Under the pieces are notes generated by a model. It worked only from the letters and a program-made list of their open reading frames with translations. It was not told the DNA's origin and did no database searches. The translations under genes were made by a program, and so were the position numbers. From Truepera sp. (lineage in GTDB: Bacteria > Deinococcota > Deinococci > Deinococcales > Trueperaceae): a DNA stretch of 64,000 nucleotides. Below are positions 58,366-64,000 of this stretch, piece by piece (the first letter of the stretch is position 1; each line of letters starts with the position of its first letter). Location of the stretch: positions 3,584,001 to 3,648,000 of the forward strand of contig CBDCKW010000009.1 in assembly GCA_965218435.1 (NCBI GenBank). The letters are read 5' to 3'.

Positions 58366-60771
58366 ATGTTGTATATGCTTCTCAAAACCGTTTTTGTGCG
58401 CTTCTACAAATCCTTTAATTACGATTACCTCAAAAAATTTCATGGGAAAGCTAAAGCTCAACCTTGGGAGAAGGTTGATAATATGTGGTATCCCTATGTT
58501 CGTGTCCCAATTGAGAATGAAGTCACAACGATTGTGGGGGCAAATGAATCAGGCAAGTCGCATCTTTTGACGGCAATAGAAAAGGGCATATCTGGTCAGA
58601 AAATTGCTAGAGAAGACTTTTGCCGATATTCGAATTTTTTTACGGTTGAGACGGGAAAACTTAGATGGCCGGACTTCGGTTTTGAGTTCGGTACCCTTTC
58701 AGATGACGAGCAGAAGTTGGTAAAAAGCATTTGTAATACCGGAAATAGTAAGGTAATCACTAAATTTTATGTTTTTAGAAGTCAACGCCAAAAGCTGACA
58801 ATATATCTACCAAAAGGTGAAAGTGGTGATTTTTCAGAGCACGAAGTGAGTACAGAGGACGAACCTGCGTTAGAAGGTCTCTTACCTCACATCTTTCGTC
58901 TGGATGCTGAGGTTGCTATTCCTAACAGTGTTTCAATCAAAGATTTAACCAAAGCAGAAAGCAAGTCAAGAGCGGAGACAATGGGGCGTAGCCGCAGATT
59001 TGATTTCATGAATAGCTTTTACAATTCTTCAAGCCTTTTTACTTCGCAGGAGGCAGTAAAATCGAATGCGTCCGCAATTTACTCCAGCTTTTCTAAATAC
59101 TATGTAGATGATTTTGATTCAAAAGAGGCAAGCAAGAGAGAAGCAGAAATTGATCTGGCCCATAAACTCATTTGTAAAGTAGCTAACGTTGATACTGAAG
59201 CTTTAACAGAACTTTACAACGCATTACGTGACGGTAAAGAAGGGCATGCTAACGGTATTATTGAAAGCATCAATGATCGTCTAGCAGCCAGCCTCAACTT
59301 TCCTAACTGGTGGGTACAAGACCGCAACTTCCAGCTCAAAGTTTCGCCGAGAGAGTTTGACCTAGTATTTACAATTCGAGATCGGACTGAAACAGAGTAT
59401 TCTTTTTCAGAGCGGAGCAGTGGACTGCGATACTTCCTAAGCTATTTTGTCCAATACTTGGCTCACGTTCCAAGAGAAGACAAGGCAGAAGTTTTGCTTA
59501 TGGATGAACCAGACGCCTATCTTTCAAGCCAAGCTCAACAAGACCTGTTGAAAGTTTTTGAGTCATATGCTTTGCCTCAGAACAATCGGAAACCCGTTCA
59601 GGTTGTGTACGTGACACATTCTCCATTCCTGATTGACAAGAATCATGCTGAGCGCATCAGAGTTCTAGACAAAGGTGTATCTGACGAGGGTACACGGGTA
59701 GTTAAAGACGCCGCTAGAAATCACTACGAGCCTTTACGCTCAGCGTTTGGGACTTATACAGGTGAACTAACGTTTATTGGTAACAACAATCTGATGGTCG
59801 AGGGATTAGCCGATCAAATTCTAATAGCTGGTGCAACAAATTATCTGCGGGGACGTAAAAATCTTTCAGATTTAGAACTACTGGACTTGAATAGGATTAC
59901 TATCGTACCTGCCGGTTCTTCGTCGGCAATCCCATATATGGCTTACCTAGCACGTGGGCGCGACGTTGAAAAGCCAGCAGTGGTCGTCTTACTAGATAGT
60001 GACAAGGCCGGTAACGAAGCAAAGCGTAGCTTACAGAGAGGTGGACCACATGCGAAACGGATTCTCAAAGAAAATCTTGTTTTCCAGATTGGAGAATTGG
60101 ACGAGTATTTACCTAGCAATGGTTACAAGCTAGTCGAAACAGAAGATTTAATCCCTCTGGGAATTTGTGTTGTTGCTGCACAAAATTATGCTAGAGATGT
60201 TTGTCAAGTAGAGCTTAGTGAAGTCGAAAAACTGACAGTAGAAGAAATCCACAATGGAATAGCGGGAGGAAAAACAGTATTCGATGCAGTCACGGGAGGC
60301 TTTTCGAAAGCCTATGGAGATAGTTTTCATATCGAAAAAGTGGGATTCGCTAAAAGTGTAATCGATCTAGTCTTAGGTAAAGTACCAGCTTCTATAAAAA
60401 GCCAAGACGCCAAGCAGTTCGAAGAAAATTTCAAAGCACTTTTCCGGAATCTGAACCGCATCATACGTGAAGCTGAACGTGAGATGAATCAAGAGCGTGT
60501 AACTCAAAAGGTAGAACGGCTTAAGAAAGCTTTTGTACAAGACAACGGAAGCGGTGCGTTGCGCGAAAAAGCACAGTTGCTATTTGAGAATATTGAAGCG
60601 TCACTGAACGACGACGAAGAAGGAGATGCTATTAGAGCTGAACTAGCCAAGCTGCGTCGGGACTTCAATATTGACAAGGATATTACTCAGCCCATCCAGG
60701 GATTTGAAAACTTTGTAACAGGGCTGGAGAAAGTCAAGTATGCAGGGCGACTAGCAACGCAAGAAAGTTAG
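58366..60771 (+). CDS. OLD-family ATP-dependent endonuclease (ABC ATPase + TOPRIM), AT-rich
   Basis: Walker A GANESGKS, signature RSSGL, Walker B LLMDEPD, H-loop VTHSPF; TOPRIM VEGLAD and LDSD; start may be 58375. Confidence 0.85.
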   Translation: MLYMLLKTVFVRFYKSFNYDYLKKFHGKAKAQPWEKVDNMWYPYVRVPIENEVTTIVGANESGKSHLLTAIEKGISGQKIAREDFCRYSNFFTVETGKLRWPDFGFEFGTLSDDEQKLVKSICNTGNSKVITKFYVFRSQRQKLTIYLPKGESGDFSEHEVSTEDEPALEGLLPHIFRLDAEVAIPNSVSIKDLTKAESKSRAETMGRSRRFDFMNSFYNSSSLFTSQEAVKSNASAIYSSFSKYYVDDFDSKEASKREAEIDLAHKLICKVANVDTEALTELYNALRDGKEGHANGIIESINDRLAASLNFPNWWVQDRNFQLKVSPREFDLVFTIRDRTETEYSFSERSSGLRYFLSYFVQYLAHVPREDKAEVLLMDEPDAYLSSQAQQDLLKVFESYALPQNNRKPVQVVYVTHSPFLIDKNHAERIRVLDKGVSDEGTRVVKDAARNHYEPLRSAFGTYTGELTFIGNNNLMVEGLADQILIAGATNYLRGRKNLSDLELLDLNRITIVPAGSSSAIPYMAYLARGRDVEKPAVVVLLDSDKAGNEAKRSLQRGGPHAKRILKENLVFQIGELDEYLPSNGYKLVETEDLIPLGICVVAAQNYARDVCQVELSEVEKLTVEEIHNGIAGGKTVFDAVTGGFSKAYGDSFHIEKVGFAKSVIDLVLGKVPASIKSQDAKQFEENFKALFRNLNRIIREAEREMNQERVTQKVERLKKAFVQDNGSGALREKAQLLFENIEASLNDDEEGDAIRAELAKLRRDFNIDKDITQPIQGFENFVTGLEKVKYAGRLATQES

Positions 60772-60998
60772 GGTTAGTCAACTCTGACAATAAGGAAACA
60801 AATTCCCATATTTTAGGGAATGCCGAACAACTATAATTTAGATGAAAAATCTCACTAGAGCCCTCAGCTGCTAAACTCGAGCCCAGGACCTAACCATGAC
60901 CGAACAAGAAATCTAGTAACGCTTCACTGACGGACTTGCTCTTCGTACTATCTTTCAACCGGCCTCAGTCCGCTACACTAAAGGCAGAGAGGTTTTCT

Positions 60999-61235
60999 AT
61001 GCGCATTGTCAAGCTAGAATCGGTTGTCCCTAAAAATCGTCAGCTGTCCCTTACGGTCCCACCAGAAATTCCCTCGGGTCCGGTTGAAGTGTTTATCCTC
61101 ACTAAAGCTGTAGACGCGCCACAAGCTTCTCTTACGGGATTTTTGGACGCGCTCACCTCAGAGCCCGTGTCGGCTCGGAGCGCCGAAGCTATAGAAGCAG
61201 ACGTTACTGCCAAGCGTAGTGCCTGGGATGAATGA
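60999..61235 (+). CDS. putative antitoxin (VapB-like)
   Basis: 78 aa, GAGAGG RBS, ATGA overlap with the PIN toxin gene. Confidence 0.7.
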   Translation: MRIVKLESVVPKNRQLSLTVPPEIPSGPVEVFILTKAVDAPQASLTGFLDALTSEPVSARSAEAIEADVTAKRSAWDE

Positions 61236-61621
61236 TCTGTCTGGACAGCTGCGTCGTCATCTACCTCGTTGAAAAGCATCCGCTGTTTTACAGACCGCTT
61301 GACCGGCAATTTAGAGAGCACACTTCTATGGGGTTCGCTATATCTCCTCTAGCGGTGTTGGAGTGTTTGGTAGGACCACTTAAACGAGAAGACGCTACCT
61401 TACAAGCTCGTTTTGAGGGCTTCTTTGCGGTAGTGGCGCAGTTACCTAACGATGAGGCTGTTTTTCGCGAGGCTGCGGAGTTGCGAGCGCATCTTGGAGT
61501 CAAAACGCCTGACGCTTTGCACCTTGCTACGGCAGAACGTTATGGTTGCATACAGTTTTGGACTAATGATGATCGTTTGGCTAAAGCTTCGCCTTTAGCT
61601 GAAAATGTACTCAGGTCGTAA
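61232..61621 (+). CDS. vapC: VapC-family PIN-domain toxin
   Basis: acidic tetrad: LDSCVVIY, LECLVG, PDALHLA, TNDDRL. Confidence 0.9.
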   Translation: MICLDSCVVIYLVEKHPLFYRPLDRQFREHTSMGFAISPLAVLECLVGPLKREDATLQARFEGFFAVVAQLPNDEAVFREAAELRAHLGVKTPDALHLATAERYGCIQFWTNDDRLAKASPLAENVLRS

Positions 61622-61682
61622 TCTGCTCTATCTTTCACTTCGCTTAGCGGTCTCAGCCTCTATAGGTTTTGGTCTCGAGCCC

Positions 61683-62024
61683 TTATGCTATAGCCTCCAA
61701 GTGATCCAAGTAGACATTTACAAGCTTATTATTTTCTAAAAGGCTTTCGACACGGGGCCAAACTTTTGCTAAATGGTTGTGAAAATCATTTAGCCGGAAA
61801 TTACCGAATCGTAAATGCGCGACTCTGGGAGGTGGATCGTTTATAAGCATACGCTCAGAGAAATCTGCATCTTTGGTCACAATAACTAGATCGTGCTGCA
61901 GCGCGTAGGCCCACAGATCAGTATCGCTTAGACTGGCTCCTAAGTCTCTGGCGTGGATCACGGGTAACAAGGGTGTAAAGCGAACTTTGCTCGGCAAATT
62001 TTCGTCTAACAAAAAGCCTGTCAA
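61683..62024 (-). CDS. DUF5615 PIN-like toxin (VapC45-like)
   Basis: FLLDENLP, SDTDLW, VTKDADF; overlaps the DUF433 stop. Confidence 0.88.
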   Translation of the reverse strand: MTGFLLDENLPSKVRFTPLLPVIHARDLGASLSDTDLWAYALQHDLVIVTKDADFSERMLINDPPPRVAHLRFGNFRLNDFHNHLAKVWPRVESLLENNKLVNVYLDHLEAIA

Positions 62025-62242
62025 GCAACCTTCTCGAGTGTAAACCGGTTGTCCATCAGCCTCGAGGCGTACTGCAAGCTCGCCTGCACATCTTCGCGCG
62101 TTAGTCCTGGATATTCGGCGAGCAAAGCTTCTATGCTGTCACCAGCACCCAAAAACTCGAGCAACGTATGAACCGTAATTCTGGTTCCCCGAATTGTCGG
62201 CCGTCCGTTACAGATGTCCGGGTCAAAGGTGATGCGTTTCAT
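62021..62242 (-). CDS. DUF433 family antitoxin
   Basis: ITFDPDICNGRPTIRGTRITV...EYPGLTREDV; TATAAT 6 nt before ATG. Confidence 0.92.
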   Translation of the reverse strand: MKRITFDPDICNGRPTIRGTRITVHTLLEFLGAGDSIEALLAEYPGLTREDVQASLQYASRLMDNRFTLEKVA

Positions 62243-62513
62243 AGCTGGATTATAACGGACAGCTTTGCGCTTCGGCCAATATCACTGATCTCCCTCGTCC
62301 CTGTGTCGCCTCGGTTCGACCCGCTCGAGCCCTGCCTAACTCACGCTACGTTTCTTCTGTGGCACGTCTATACGGTCTGACCTAAGACCCAACCCATAGA
62401 CCTAAGTGGACGGACTATCTCGAGATTGCGCGGCGAGTCAGGTTTAACCTGCTTTATTCTGGTCTCACAGCCCAATTACTCAATCTAAGCGAGTACTGTG
62501 ATAGCCTCTGGTC

Positions 62514-63971
62514 GTGCCACGCGACAGCAGGCTGACGTTTGACCGGGGGACGCTCATTTTGCACCCGCCACCCAAAGGTAAGAGCTGGGTGGAGTTTGCC
62601 ACCTGGGACGACCGTATCGAAAAGTTTCGGCTGCCCGCGCTGCATTACCGTGAGTTTCTCGAGGCGATGCGTGCCGAGGGCGTCGCGGTCATGGACAAAG
62701 CCAAAGGATTTACCGACCTTACCCTCAATGTTGGGCTCGAGCAGACCCCTTTTCTGCATCAACAAGAGGCGCTCGTAGCCTGGAAACGGGCCGGACGGCG
62801 CGGCGTCGTGGTGTTGCCGACCGGTGCGGGGAAGACGTATGTGGCGCAGCTGGCGATGGAGGCAACCCCGCGCAGCACCCTCATTCTGGTTCCAACGCTC
62901 GACCTGATGCATCAGTGGTACGCGCACCTGACCGCCGCTTTCCCCGACGCCGAGGTCGGGCTGTTGGGTGGCGGCTCGAAAGACCGCACACCGATTTTGG
63001 TCTCGACGTATGACAGCGCCGCCATTCACGCCGAAACGTTGGGGAACCGCTACGGGTTACTTATCTTTGACGAGTGTCATCACCTGCCGAGCGAGTTTTA
63101 CCGGGTCGTGGCTGAGTATTCGTTGGCCCCTTACCGTTTGGGGCTTTCCGCTACCCCTGAACGCAGCGACGGTAAACACGAAACCCTGGACGCGCTGATT
63201 GGGCCGATCATCTACCGCAAAGAACCTGAAGAGTTGGCCGGGGGTGCGTTGGCCGAACACCGCGTGGTGCAGCTCAAGGTCAAGCTTTCCGCTGAAGAAC
63301 GCGCCCGCTACGACGCGTGTATTGCGACACGTAACGCCTTTTTAGGCAAACGTGGGATTCGGCTCGGGACTTTGGAGGGTTGGTCGTACTTTGTCCGTGA
63401 AAGCGCCCGTTCGTCAGAGGGCCGCGCCGCCATGCTCGCCCACCGCGAAGCGCGTACCCTAGCGTTTGGGACCGAAGGCAAACTGCGCGTCTTAGCTGAC
63501 CTGTTGGCACAACACTACGGTGACCGGACGCTCGTCTTTACCGACGATAATGCGACCGTTTACCGCGTGTCGCAAGACTTTTTGCTTCCGGCTATTACGC
63601 ATCAGACCAAAGTCAAAGAGCGGCACGACACGCTGACGAAGTTTCGTTCTGGCGAGTATCCGGTGCTCGTGACCTCGAAGGTCTTAAACGAAGGGGTAGA
63701 CGTACCCGAGGCAAAAGTTGCCATCGTGTTATCGGGGACGGGCTCGAGCCGTGAATACGTGCAGCGTTTGGGCCGGATTTTGCGTAAGGGTGAGGGCAAG
63801 CTGGCGCTCTTATACGAGGTGATTGCCGAAGATACGAGTGAAGAAGGGGTATCGAAACGGCGGCGGGAGCGGCCCGGTTCAGTTGCCACACAAAATGAGA
63901 AAACGCCGCCCCAGCGTACGCTCTTTGCCCCGATTACCGAGGGGGACGCGGTAGATCTCGATGAGCTTTAG
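62514..63971 (+). CDS. SF2 DEAD/DEAH helicase, XPB/Rad25-like
   Basis: LPTGAGKT, DECHH, LSATPER, LNEGVDVP, QRLGRILR. Confidence 0.92.
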   Translation: MPRDSRLTFDRGTLILHPPPKGKSWVEFATWDDRIEKFRLPALHYREFLEAMRAEGVAVMDKAKGFTDLTLNVGLEQTPFLHQQEALVAWKRAGRRGVVVLPTGAGKTYVAQLAMEATPRSTLILVPTLDLMHQWYAHLTAAFPDAEVGLLGGGSKDRTPILVSTYDSAAIHAETLGNRYGLLIFDECHHLPSEFYRVVAEYSLAPYRLGLSATPERSDGKHETLDALIGPIIYRKEPEELAGGALAEHRVVQLKVKLSAEERARYDACIATRNAFLGKRGIRLGTLEGWSYFVRESARSSEGRAAMLAHREARTLAFGTEGKLRVLADLLAQHYGDRTLVFTDDNATVYRVSQDFLLPAITHQTKVKERHDTLTKFRSGEYPVLVTSKVLNEGVDVPEAKVAIVLSGTGSSREYVQRLGRILRKGEGKLALLYEVIAEDTSEEGVSKRRRERPGSVATQNEKTPPQRTLFAPITEGDAVDLDEL

Positions 63972-64000
63972 AGTGATACGGGTTCAGGACATTCAGTAAC

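Noticed and set aside
62309..62331. GGTTCGACCC resembles a tRNA T-loop (possible att site beside the islet)
   Set aside because: Only a 3-bp stem, with no cloverleaf or CCA end

Overview
Bacterial chromosomal window, fairly GC-rich overall, almost certainly Deinococcota and probably Truepera-like. The evidence is an Nqo15 homologue, a stand-alone E3-binding-domain protein, frequent leaderless TAnnnT-N5-7-start genes and strong over-representation of CTCGAG. Most of it is housekeeping or metabolic: modB, purA, glcDEF, a class 3 FBPase, slyD, ggt, two ABC importers, a P450, MFS transporters, a NarL-type two-component system, LOG, mutS2 and an XPB-like helicase. The most notable accessory content is: (i) an AT-rich OLD-type ABC-ATPase/TOPRIM nuclease with no partner helicase, next to two convergent PIN toxin-antitoxin pairs between mutS2 and the helicase (candidate defence islet); (ii) two diverged copies of a ~105-109 bp TA-flanked MITE-like element; (iii) a lipoprotein fusing a GH99-like glycosidase to a metallophosphatase; (iv) tandem paralogous lipoproteins ending in beta-barrel-like C-termini; (v) five genes broken by frameshifts, which may be decay or long-read errors; (vi) many short tandem duplications. 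No rRNA, tRNA, CRISPR array or transposase gene was found. All calls come from motif recognition by eye; no database searches were run.
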